Positions 1-7,843 of a stretch of DNA of 14,563 nt are shown piece after piece. Each line of letters starts with the position of its first letter. Position 1 is the first letter of the stretch. Below the pieces are notes generated by a model, which saw only the letters and a program-made list of their open reading frames with translations, was not told the DNA's origin and did not search any database. The stretch is from the NCBI GenBank assembly GCA_026394435.1, contig JAPKYG010000088.1, positions 1-14,563 of the forward strand. Reading direction: 5' to 3'. Both the position numbers and the translations under genes were made by a program. The stretch is from Methanobacteriota archaeon (GTDB lineage: Archaea > Thermoplasmatota > E2 > DHVEG-1).

Positions 1-619
1 CATTTTTCGTCCCACCAAACGACAAGACATCCACACCGACCTTCCCGCATATCTCATTTAAATCGACCTTCAAAAACGCTGCAGCGTTACACAACCGGGC
101 ACCATCCATGTGAAGCAGCATGTCATTTGCATGAGCAAAATCAGCAAGTTTTTGTATCTCCTTTGGACGATACGCGGTCCCCCGCTCTGTCGCCTGCGTC
201 AGAGAGATAACATGTGGTTGAGCCATATGCGGATCACCAACACCTATGACATATGACTGGATCAGATCAACGGTGAGTTTCCCATCGTTCGTGGGAATGT
301 TCACCAGCTTGCATCCGATAAAATTCTCAGGGCCACAACATTCATGGACTGTCAGATGAGCACTTTCCGCACAAAAAATAGAATGAAACGAATCAGTGAC
401 ATTTTTTAATCCAAGGATATTCGCCGCGGTCCCATTATACACAAAAAACACTGTAGTCTGTTTTCCAAAAATCTTCTTCAATTGGTCAACAGCACGCTTG
501 GTATAGTCATCTAACCCGTATGCAATCGCATACCCTTCATTAACGTCTCTCAGAGATTTGAGAATATCAGGATGTACACCGGAATGATTATCACTTCCAA
601 AACCTGCAAACGATGACAT
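1..619 (-). CDS. Low-specificity L-threonine aldolase (PLP-dependent, beta-eliminating lyase family), partial; the C-terminus runs off the window start
   Basis: The reverse-complement translation starts at the ATG at 619-617: MSSFAGFGSDNHSGVHPDIL...VFFVYNGTAANILGL...HMDGARLCNAAAFL...VDVLSFGGTKNG. These blocks (FASDNYSG / FNGTAAN / HMDGARxxNA / DVLxFGGTKNG) match Pseudomonas-type L-threonine aldolase closely. The frame stays open to position 1. Confidence 0.85.
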   Translation of the reverse strand, partial: MSSFAGFGSDNHSGVHPDILKSLRDVNEGYAIAYGLDDYTKRAVDQLKKIFGKQTTVFFVYNGTAANILGLKNVTDSFHSIFCAESAHLTVHECCGPENFIGCKLVNIPTNDGKLTVDLIQSYVIGVGDPHMAQPHVISLTQATERGTAYRPKEIQKLADFAHANDMLLHMDGARLCNAAAFLKVDLNEICGKVGVDVLSFGGTKN

Positions 620-793
620 ACATGCATCAAGCAGCAATTGTTATAAAAAATCTTCTACAGCAGAACTACAATGATTTATCGTCATAAAAACATCTGTTAC
701 TTATTTTATTGGAGTATTATGTTACTGAAAAAAATTGATTAACAATACGTGTTCGAATGTGCGTACGAAGGTGTTTGATTCACCGTGCTTTTC

Positions 794-2755
794 TTAGTTT
801 GAAGACGACATTGAAGTATTGTCTTCAGACGCAGGGGAATTCTCAGGTTTTTCTGGTGCCTTGGATTTTTCTTCACTTTTCGTCTTTGATGCCTGTATTG
901 AGACCATTTGCGCAAGCCAGGTGTTGAACAGATTCCCGCTTGTTCCTTCACCAGTCACTAGGAAATCCGGGGTTATCCGTATTTTACCTTCTGAGACTTT
1001 TTCCATCAACTGGATTGCCGCAAGATTTCCTCTCCCGATTACCTCCGCCTGAGCGTTGTATGCCTTTGCGACTGCTTTTCCAACCATCTCCTTCTGATAC
1101 GACTCCCCGTCTGCCTTTGTCTTGGTTGCATCACGGATACCTTCTGCTTCTCGACGTGCCGATTGGGCTTTATCGGTCGCGATATCTATAGAAAGCTTTG
1201 CGGCTATCACTTCGGGCTGTTTATCAGCTCTGGCTTTCTTCTCCTGCACAGCGATCCGTTGCTCCTCAGCGTTCGCCTGCTGTTTATACTGTTCTTGTTG
1301 CTGGACCGCTATTTCTTTCTCTGTTTGGGTCCTGAGTAAATTCTGGTCAAGCGCGATATATGCAATGAGAAGGTTCTGAGCCTCAACGTGATATCTTTCA
1401 AATTCCTCACGCGCTTTCAACAACGCCTCATGTTGCAGCTTGGAACGCTCCTGGACAAACTCAATTGCTTTCTTCTCCCCAGCATTGTTTCGGAACGACG
1501 AATCGATCAGTGGGTGAACTATTTGTTCAATGAGGTTTGCCACTGAACCGAATCGAGCGATCACAAATGGTGCGTTCTGCGGTTCAATACGGATGATCAT
1601 TCGTACATCAACATCAAGTTGGAATCCGTCTTTTGAGGTCACTCGAAGCTGGCTGAACTTGAAGAACTCTTTGGCTTTTTCACTATCCACATCCTCACTG
1701 GTCGGTCTCTTTGCTGCCAGCCCCATCACAACATTCTTCATCGTCCCCTCGATGCGATGCTCTGCTCGAAGCTCAGCTCCAGCTGCCCAGTCAATGGTAA
1801 CCGCACTGGTCGGCACCGGATACATGGTGAACGCTAAGGGATTCAGGTTATACTTACCTGGGGCAATCGGGTTTTTCCAAATGCCACGTTGGTTCTTATC
1901 CGTTGTCAGAACAACCTCATCTCGTTCATGGATCGGCTGCTCAAACCCAGGTTCTCGTGGAACCTTCCCAGGGAGTCTCAATCGCTCTTCAGAACCAAGC
2001 TCCGCTCCGATGTTTGATCGTAGTACTGCGACATACCCTGGCGGGACTTCAGCGATATCAGAGATTTTTATATTAAAAAGAAGCGGGTTCACATAATATT
2101 CACCTGGTTGGAGCGTGTCAAGCTGGGGGCCTCGCGATCCCCCACTGTTAATGAACGCCTGCCCGTTTTGGAAGAAATTATGAATCGGTTTAGTTTCATC
2201 ATCGCTTGGTTTTGGGGCAATGATAAAGCCTGGTGGTAGGGGGATACCATCCTGTGCAACGACTACACCAATTTTCTCTTCATCAATTGCTATCGCTGGT
2301 TGTTTTGTAACATTGAACACTTTCAGGTTGATACGATATCTACCAGGCCGAAGGATCTCCACTTGTGGCCCTTTCTTCCCGCCGTTTTCAAGGAAGTTCT
2401 TCGCATCCTGATACGAGTTGCACTCCACTGCATCCGCAAGTAAACGTCCAACGGGAAGCGGATCACCATCAATGGATTCAACAATGCCAATTTCCCCTGG
2501 TTTGATCTCTACAACCGGTGCTTTCTCAATCTTCCAGGTGATCGGATTTCTCCAGAGTAATCGAGGCATTACGATATCTGCCTGGACACCGATTTCTCCT
2601 GCTCGTGAGATGATGCGCCCTTGTGGTAATTTTCTCCCAAACATTTTCTTGGTAAGTATCCCAACCTCGTCATCATGGATGAGTGCCAATCCCTTTACAA
2701 TGAAAATAAACAACAGGATTGCTACGAATATCAGCACAATTATTTCTTCTATCAT
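794..2755 (-). CDS. Flotillin-like SPFH/band 7 membrane protein (YqiK/FloT-like), 653 aa
   Basis: N-terminal transmembrane helix (IIVLIFVAILLFIFIVKGLALI). Central SPFH-like region (QLDVDVRMIIRIEPQNAPFVIARFGS). C-terminal flotillin-type E/A/Q/K-rich coiled coil (EIAVQQQEQYKQQANAEEQRIAVQEKKARADKQ...). Strong RBS GAGGAGG about 6 nt upstream of the ATG. Confidence 0.8.
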   Translation of the reverse strand: MIEEIIVLIFVAILLFIFIVKGLALIHDDEVGILTKKMFGRKLPQGRIISRAGEIGVQADIVMPRLLWRNPITWKIEKAPVVEIKPGEIGIVESIDGDPLPVGRLLADAVECNSYQDAKNFLENGGKKGPQVEILRPGRYRINLKVFNVTKQPAIAIDEEKIGVVVAQDGIPLPPGFIIAPKPSDDETKPIHNFFQNGQAFINSGGSRGPQLDTLQPGEYYVNPLLFNIKISDIAEVPPGYVAVLRSNIGAELGSEERLRLPGKVPREPGFEQPIHERDEVVLTTDKNQRGIWKNPIAPGKYNLNPLAFTMYPVPTSAVTIDWAAGAELRAEHRIEGTMKNVVMGLAAKRPTSEDVDSEKAKEFFKFSQLRVTSKDGFQLDVDVRMIIRIEPQNAPFVIARFGSVANLIEQIVHPLIDSSFRNNAGEKKAIEFVQERSKLQHEALLKAREEFERYHVEAQNLLIAYIALDQNLLRTQTEKEIAVQQQEQYKQQANAEEQRIAVQEKKARADKQPEVIAAKLSIDIATDKAQSARREAEGIRDATKTKADGESYQKEMVGKAVAKAYNAQAEVIGRGNLAAIQLMEKVSEGKIRITPDFLVTGEGTSGNLFNTWLAQMVSIQASKTKSEEKSKAPEKPENSPASEDNTSMSSSN

Positions 2756-2864
2756 GACAATGCCTCCTCACGTATTGTTACGTTATAGTTTCTTTTTCCT
2801 TTTATGCCTTTCTATTGACTTAAAAAAAGTTGAAAACAAGTGGGAAAATAGAGTTGTTACCATC

Positions 2865-2893
2865 ATATCTAAAAATTAAAAAAAATAAAAAAA
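2865..2893 (-). terminator. Oligo-T tracts (coding strand TCTTTTTTTATTTTTTTTAATTTTT) about 45 nt after the zinc-ribbon stop and about 110 nt before the flotillin ATG
   Basis: Seen directly in the sequence. It suggests the zinc-ribbon gene and the flotillin gene are separate transcription units. Confidence 0.3.
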
Positions 2894-2936
2894 GATTTTG
2901 TAAAATAAATGAACCTAAGAATTTTTCATTCTTTTA

Positions 2937-3107
2937 CTAAAATCTCTTTGGTCTGTGTTTTTGATAGCAGTCCCTACAGTACACAGGTTTTGAACCATCC
3001 GGTTTAAAAGGAACTTCACATTCTTTCCCACAATCTGCACAGGTCGCCTTGTGCATTTCTCGTGGTGCGCCCCCAAAACGACTACCGCCACTACTTTCTC
3101 TATACAT
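2937..3107 (-). CDS. Small zinc-ribbon protein, CxxC-x17-CxxC domain family, 56 aa. It is not in the ORF track (below 60 aa); the listed ORF 2915..3118 is the wrong frame.
   Basis: Hand translation of the minus strand from the ATG at 3107: MYRESSGGSRFGGAPREMHKATCADCGKECEVPFKPDGSKPVYCRDCYQKHRPKRF*. The two CxxC motifs are separated by 17 residues (CADCGKECEVPFKPDGSKPVYCRDC), as in the recurring 'CxxC-x17-CxxC domain' small proteins. The protein has a G/S/R-rich basic N-terminus. An oligo-T tract follows about 45 nt after the stop on the coding strand. Confidence 0.65.
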   Translation of the reverse strand: MYRESSGGSRFGGAPREMHKATCADCGKECEVPFKPDGSKPVYCRDCYQKHRPKRF

Positions 3108-3248
3108 TTTTTATACATCCTTTTTTTAGGCTTGTATTATACATTCAGTATTTAAAATTATACATTGATTAATCTGAAGAGAACTTATGATTGGAAACAG
3201 GCTGCAGTGAAATATTAAAATAAACCAAAATGATTTTTCGATGATAAG

Positions 3249-3319
3249 CAGCCCTGAGCGGGGTCGAACCGCTGACGCTGGCTCCAAAGGCCGGCATGTT
3301 ACCGCTACACCACAGGGCC
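3249..3319 (-). tRNA. tRNA-Gln (anticodon UUG), 71 nt, no encoded CCA
   Basis: Reverse complement: GGCCCTG TG GTGT AGCGGTA ACAT G CCGGC CTTTGGA GCCAG CGTC AGCGG TTCGACC CCGCT CAGGGCT G. The cloverleaf folds with a 7-bp acceptor stem (G1·U72 wobble), D-stem GTGT/ACAT, anticodon stem 4/5 paired, loop CU-UUG-GA, and T-arm AGCGG/CCGCT with loop TTCGACC. The discriminator is G73. Confidence 0.85.
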
Positions 3320-3386
3320 ATGTGTTCATACTGGGAATCTTTTATTTTATTTAAGAGTATGCTTTGTACACGTTGGGGCTACATCT

Positions 3387-5073
3387 TTATTTCTTCTGCG
3401 CTGTTTTCTGGATTTTCGCCCAGGCGTCACGCAGTTCAACAGTTCTGTTCAGAACAAGCTTGTTCTGAGTTGCCTCTGGATCAACGCAGAAGTACCCCAG
3501 GCGTTCAAATTGAAATCGATCAAACGGCTTAAGGGTACTCACCGCAGGTTCTACTCTGCATTCATGAAGGACGTCGAGAGAATGAGGGTTGAGAAATTCT
3601 TTGAAATCCGCTTCTTTCTGCCCAGCAGGGTCAACAACAGTAAAAAGCCTGTCGTACAATCGTACCTCGGCAGAGATGGCATGCGGATCTGACACCCAGT
3701 GAATCGTTGATTTCACTTTTCTCCCATCGGGGGCATATCCGCCTTTGGTGGCGGGATCATAGGTACAATACAGCTCAACTATTTTCCCATCTTTTTTCAC
3801 AACCTTGCTGCATTTAATGAAATAAGCGTATCTGAGTCGTACCTCACGATCTGGTGCAAGCCGGTAGAAATCCTTTGGTGGGTTTTCCATGAAATCATCC
3901 TGTTCAATAAAAAGAGTCTTGGAAAACGGTATCCGACGTTTCCCGAGCGCAGGGTCTTCAGGGTTGTTGACCGCTTCAAGCTCCTCCTTTTGATGATCCG
4001 GGTAGTTCTCAAGCACTACTTTGAGTGGACGCAGAACCCCCATAAATCGTGCGGAGGTTTTATTCAGGTCGTCTCGGACATTATGCTCAAGGAATTCAAA
4101 ATCAACCATGCTGTTGACTTTCGCAACACCAATACGTTTACAGAAATTCCGGATCGAAGATGGTGAGTACCCGCGACGACGCATCCCGCTAATGGTTGGT
4201 AACCTGGGATCATCCCAACCAGCAACATACTTCCCTTCGACCAACTGAAGGAGCAAGCGTTTACTCATGACCGTATAGCTGAGGTTCAAGCGGGCGAACT
4301 CAATTTGCTGCGGATGATATACCGCAAGTGCATCAAGGAACCAATCATACAGCGGCCGATGGTTCTCAAACTCAAGGGTACAAATGGAATGGGTGATGCC
4401 TTCAACGGAGTCTTCCAGGCCATGCGCCCAGTCGTACATCGGGTAGATGCACCAGGTATCACCGGTACGATGATGGTTCGCATGCAAGATCCTGTACATC
4501 ACCGGGTCACGCATGTTCAGATTTGGATGCGCCATGTCAATCTTGGCGCGCAGGACTTTTTGGCCATTAGGAAATTCACCTGCTTTCATCCGCTGTAACA
4601 GATCTAGATTCTCCTCAACAGATCGATCACGATACGGGCTGTTTCTCCCTGGTTTGGTAAGAGTCCCTCTGTATTCCGTGATTTTATCGGCAGTAAAATC
4701 ATCCACGTATGCTTTCCCTGCTTTGACTAATTGTACTGCATACTCGTACATCTTTTCAAAATAATCTGAGGCAAAGAACAATCGGTTCTCCCAGTCAAAA
4801 CCAAGCCATTTCACATTCTCTATGATTGACTGAACGTATTCCTCTTCTTCTTTGGTAGGATTCGTATCATCGAACCGAAGGTTGCAGAGGCCTTGGTAGT
4901 CTTCTGCGATCCCGAAGTTTAGACAGATTGATTTCGCATGACCGATGTGCAGGTACCCGTTTGGTTCTGGGGGAAACCTGGTATGAACACGGTCTTTATA
5001 CTTCTTGGTTCTCACGTCTTCATCGATGATTTCTCGAATGAAATCCTTGGTGATAGGTTCTGTTGATTCCATG
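3387..5073 (-). CDS. glnS: Glutaminyl-tRNA synthetase (class I, bacterial discriminating type). The probable true start is the ATG at 5073; the track's 5081 is an in-frame upstream GTG.
   Basis: [20 protein letters not shown]...[41 protein letters not shown]...TVMSKR... The sequence is collinear with, and near-identical in its motifs (HIGH, VMSKR/KMSKS) to, E. coli GlnRS ([41 protein letters not shown]). It is full length at about 561 aa. RBS GGAGAGTGAGG lies just upstream of the ATG at 5073. Confidence 0.95.
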
Positions 5074-5091
5074 TTCCTCACTCTCCTATGA

Positions 5092-5163
5092 CAGCCCCGA
5101 CCAGATTCGAACTGGTGTCTAGAGATCCAGAGTCTCTTGTGCTAACCGCTGCACTACGGGGCC
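5092..5163 (-). tRNA. tRNA-Gln (anticodon CUG), 72 nt, no encoded CCA
   Basis: Reverse complement: GGCCCCG TA GTGC AGCGGTTA GCAC A AGAGA CTCTGGA TCTCT AGAC ACCAG TTCGAAT CTGGT CGGGGCT G. The cloverleaf is perfect apart from a G1·U72 wobble. The anticodon loop is CU-CUG-GA and the discriminator is G73. The 3' end lies only 18 nt upstream of the glnS ATG. Confidence 0.85.
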
Positions 5164-5200
5164 AATAGCCAGTTTTGTTGAGACCAGAAGAGAAAACGTT

Positions 5201-5211
5201 TCATATATAAC
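5201..5211 (-). promoter_or_regulatory. TATA-box-like element (coding strand GTTATATATGA) about 39 nt upstream of the 5' end of tRNA-Gln(CUG). It is the candidate promoter for the tRNA-glnS-tRNA unit.
   Basis: The spacing is compatible with a transcription start about 15 nt upstream of the mature tRNA 5' end. No T-tract separates the tRNA, glnS and the second tRNA. Confidence 0.3.
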
Positions 5212-5714
5212 TTTTCATGCGGTCAACATTTCTGAATGATGAAACGATGAAATGTTTTTTTCTTTGTCTTCCTTTTTCTTTATCCATATACTCCTAAAAA
5301 AATGGTTTGAAAAAAGAAAAACAAGGGAATCAATCAGGAGACTTCCACGAGGAATATCATTACAGACGATTTCGCTACCAGTATTCCATTGCATCGCGTT
5401 TTTCCGGATTGGATAACAACGAACAACGCAAGAGATGACGTTACGTGATTCCTTGTAATCTGCTCCCATGGTATAGTAAAACCTACAGAAGGATATGCCA
5501 CAGAGGTAGGAGAGGGAACAGAAGACATAGCTATTTCTTAATCCAAGGAGGTATCTGAATGGGGAAGAGGTGAAGGAGCATGGAGAATATGTTTTGAGAG
5601 CGACAACTCATACGAACCAGTGTAACTGACTTGCACGTCTTTTATGATTGATCCAAAAGACACCAGAAATACTCGTATTATTTTGGGAAGTATAGTATTT
5701 CCTGGTTCTGCAAG

Positions 5715-5897
5715 TCATGCTGTCGCCTCGGGAAGTTCGATAAGGAGGCTTACCCCATGGTCCTTCACTAATGGTGCTGTTACTTTTACTGAATCGTGAA
5801 TTTCGAATGTTGTTTCGGTTGCGTGTGCATGGAGGAGCACACCTGCATTACTCATTACGAACAACCCTGTGATTATTCCGACAAGTTGGTACTTCAT
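5715..5897 (-). CDS. Hypothetical small secreted protein (60 aa); a weak call
   Basis: MKYQLVGIITGLFVMSNAGVLLHAHA-TETTFEIHDSVKVT... has a signal-peptide-like N-terminus. AGGGGT sits 4 nt upstream of the ATG. No homology is recognised and the ORF lies in an otherwise gene-poor 1-kb stretch. Confidence 0.25.
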   Translation of the reverse strand: MKYQLVGIITGLFVMSNAGVLLHAHATETTFEIHDSVKVTAPLVKDHGVSLLIELPEATA

Positions 5898-6127
5898 CTC
5901 AACCCCTAAATAAAGGAATTTCTTCCAGTAATAATATGATGAATTCGATATTTATTAAACTAATCGTGTAAAATTATACCAAACCGAAAAAATATTGAGA
6001 TAAAATGTTAACTTCGTACAAAAAAATACTTATTGTCGATTGCAAAGGTTCAAGGAAATTACGATATCGCAGCATTCTTCCTTGTAAAAAACCTCCTAGA
6101 GCTCTTTACCATATGGCAAAACACATT

Positions 6128-6157
6128 TAAAAAAAATTTAGACAAAAAGAAAAAAGG
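6128..6157 (-). terminator. Oligo-T tracts (coding strand TTTTTTCTTTTTGTCTAAATTTTTTTT) immediately after the chagasin stop
   Basis: Seen directly in the sequence. No hairpin precedes them. Confidence 0.35.
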
Positions 6158-6169
6158 GAGAGAAACTAG

Positions 6170-6601
6170 TTACGTGATTTCCAGGTGAACCACGAATTGC
6201 TGACAGGTATCCTTCTCACCAAACGGTCGTGTACATTCTAAATGAAGCGTGGTACTTCCTGTTTGTGTCGCAGTAAACACCCAGGTGTCTTTCCCAAAAT
6301 CACCGAGCATCCCTGAGCTGCCCCAATTGAACTGGTCGGTTTGGAACAGTAGCTTTTCATCGATACGTTTAACCGTCCAGACGTAGCCGCCATCACCATA
6401 ATCTTGTAACGTGAGATTCACTGTGTCTCCTTTCTTCACAGATACGGTTGTATCGTTCGCATCAGTGTTGATGTATACAGTCGATGGTGTTTGTTTGTTC
6501 ATGGGTTTTTCTGAGGTGAGGTTCACCCCGATTACGGTCCCTGCTGCTACCGCAACGATAGCCACTAGCCCTATGAGTATCAAGCTTTTTTTTGTTTTCA
6601 T
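6170..6601 (-). CDS. Chagasin-family (MEROPS I42) inhibitor of papain-like cysteine peptidases, with an N-terminal signal/anchor, 143 aa
   Basis: N-terminal hydrophobic segment MKTKKSLILIGLVAIVAVAAG. The Ig-like I42 hallmarks are present: ...TLQDYGDGGYVWTV (NPTTG-YxW-like loop), GSSGMLG (GxGG-like loop) and RPFGEKD (RPW/F loop). There is no SD. TTATATATA lies on the coding strand about 32 nt upstream of the ATG, which implies a very short leader. An oligo-T tract follows the stop. Confidence 0.8.
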   Translation of the reverse strand: MKTKKSLILIGLVAIVAVAAGTVIGVNLTSEKPMNKQTPSTVYINTDANDTTVSVKKGDTVNLTLQDYGDGGYVWTVKRIDEKLLFQTDQFNWGSSGMLGDFGKDTWVFTATQTGSTTLHLECTRPFGEKDTCQQFVVHLEIT

Positions 6602-6630
6602 AGATTATCAAAGACGGTTATGGGTGCTGA

Positions 6631-6643
6631 GAATATATATAAG
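6631..6643 (-). promoter_or_regulatory. TATA-box-like element (coding strand CTTATATATATTC) about 32 nt upstream of the chagasin ATG
   Basis: Archaeal-style -27 TATA geometry would give a leader under 10 nt, which is consistent with the absence of an SD. Confidence 0.35.
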
Positions 6644-6758
6644 GTGAGAAAATGTTCGGGAAACACCAAACAATAGAACACCAAAATCAGGAAGAGATCT
6701 TCGGGGAGTAGATAGTTTTTTCAAAACGGTTATCCTCAATTTTTTTGGAGTATCCTTC

Positions 6759-7478
6759 TTATTTTTTTATTACATAAATAACCCATGGGGCAATCTTGGT
6801 TTCATTAATCCATGCATATGGTTCAGTTCCTTTTGCAAGTGGTTTGTAGGTCTGAACTACCTTCAATCCAGCCTGTGCGAAGACTTTTTTATAATCCTCA
6901 TCGGTCCAGAGTATATCGTAACAGGGTCTTTTATCCAGGATATCTGTCGTAACTATCGGAACGATATCACCGCTTTTTGCACACTTATTCTGCGGGAAAT
7001 CCTTTGTGGAAAATGATGCCCATTCGTGGGTATATATGTCAGGTGAGCTGACCAGGTTTATTATTTTTCCATCTTGGTTCAAAAGGCTGGCAAGTCCTGA
7101 AAAGAGCGCCACCTTTTTTTCCTTTGTTGGGATATTGTCAAAAGTGAATGCAGACAGCACAAGATCGGAGGAATGAACGGTCAACTGGCTGAAGTCGCCA
7201 TCCTTGATAAGACGATAATCTGTCTTTGGATCAGTCTTTTTTGCTATCTGTATCATCTTTTCTGAAATATCAATTCCGATGGTAGAAAATCCAAGTTTTT
7301 GTAAAAAACGTGAAGATCGTCCGGTGCCACAACCAAAATCGATCGCTTTGTTTCCATGGACATGTTTGGTAATAATTTCAGGTAAATCTCTATAAGCCAG
7401 ATAGTAGGTCCCCGCAAATTCGAGTTTAGAGTACGCTTCTGCACGTGTGGCATCCTCATAGGAATTGAAAAATTTCAT
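6759..7478 (-). CDS. Class I SAM-dependent methyltransferase (Methyltransf_11/25-like). The likely start is the second Met at 7478; the track ORF begins at 7499.
   Basis: Motif I IDFGCGTGRSSRFLQKLGFSTIGIDISEKMIQIAK and the post-motif acidic/aromatic blocks are present. AAGGTG RBS sits about 7 nt upstream of the ATG at 7478 (MKFFNSYED...). Confidence 0.8.
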   Translation of the reverse strand: MKFFNSYEDATRAEAYSKLEFAGTYYLAYRDLPEIITKHVHGNKAIDFGCGTGRSSRFLQKLGFSTIGIDISEKMIQIAKKTDPKTDYRLIKDGDFSQLTVHSSDLVLSAFTFDNIPTKEKKVALFSGLASLLNQDGKIINLVSSPDIYTHEWASFSTKDFPQNKCAKSGDIVPIVTTDILDKRPCYDILWTDEDYKKVFAQAGLKVVQTYKPLAKGTEPYAWINETKIAPWVIYVIKK

Positions 7479-7770
7479 GTCTGCACCTTTTTTAAACATT
7501 TTTTTTCTTTGGTAAAGATGTCGATTGATTCACACAATGACTGAAGGGAAATCTTAGAGAGGGATAAAAAAATTTGCTATAGAGCCTGCCCGAGAAATTA
7601 AGTAAGATTGCCTGAAAGGTCATTTGTTGTCAAAAAATCAGGGATTTTTCGAGGGGAAAATACCTTTTTAGTGAAAAAACCTCTGAAAAATGCGAATACT
7701 CAGACAGGCTCTTAGATCAAATATTTGTTCTGTAATACAGTGTGTCAGATGGTTTCCGGCTGCTGCTCTT

Positions 7771-7790
7771 TTTTATAAATGTTTATATAG
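7771..7790 (+). promoter_or_regulatory. TATA-box-like element (TTTTATAAATGTTTATATAG; core TTTATATA 7782-7789) about 54 nt upstream of the peptidase ATG
   Basis: It is a consensus archaeal-type TATA (TTTATATA) preceded by an A/T-rich BRE-like stretch. The spacing fits a leader of about 30 nt carrying the SD. Confidence 0.35.
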
Positions 7791-7843
7791 ATAAAGCCTG
7801 TATTGTTTAGTAGATCTGATTTGGAAAATTAGGGGGAATAAGT

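Noticed and set aside
819-2879. Plus-strand ORFs inside and antisense to the flotillin gene (819..1052, 940..1191, 1122..1379, 1530..2096, 2220..2411, 2418..2879)
   Set aside because: They lie antisense within a well-supported CDS. They have no RBS and their translations are compositionally biased. They are typical shadow ORFs.
2915-3118. Track ORF of 67 aa (MYKKCIEKVVAVVV...)
   Set aside because: Its translation is featureless. The overlapping frame 2937..3107 on the same strand encodes a textbook CxxC-x17-CxxC zinc ribbon, so the listed ORF is almost certainly a frame artefact.
3296-4764. Antisense or overlapping ORFs around glnS and the tRNA (3126..3329, 3296..3532, 3510..3692, 3797..4012, 4021..4248, 4286..4483, 4305..4598, 4513..4764)
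   Set aside because: These are shadow ORFs of the GlnRS gene. 3126..3329 and 3296..3532 also run across the tRNA-Gln gene.
5073-5081. GTG at 5081 as the glnS start (the track's choice)
   Set aside because: The ATG at 5073 gives an N-terminus ([19 protein letters not shown]) collinear with E. coli GlnRS and better SD spacing. The GTG start would add MRN upstream and sit only 10 nt from the tRNA 3' end.
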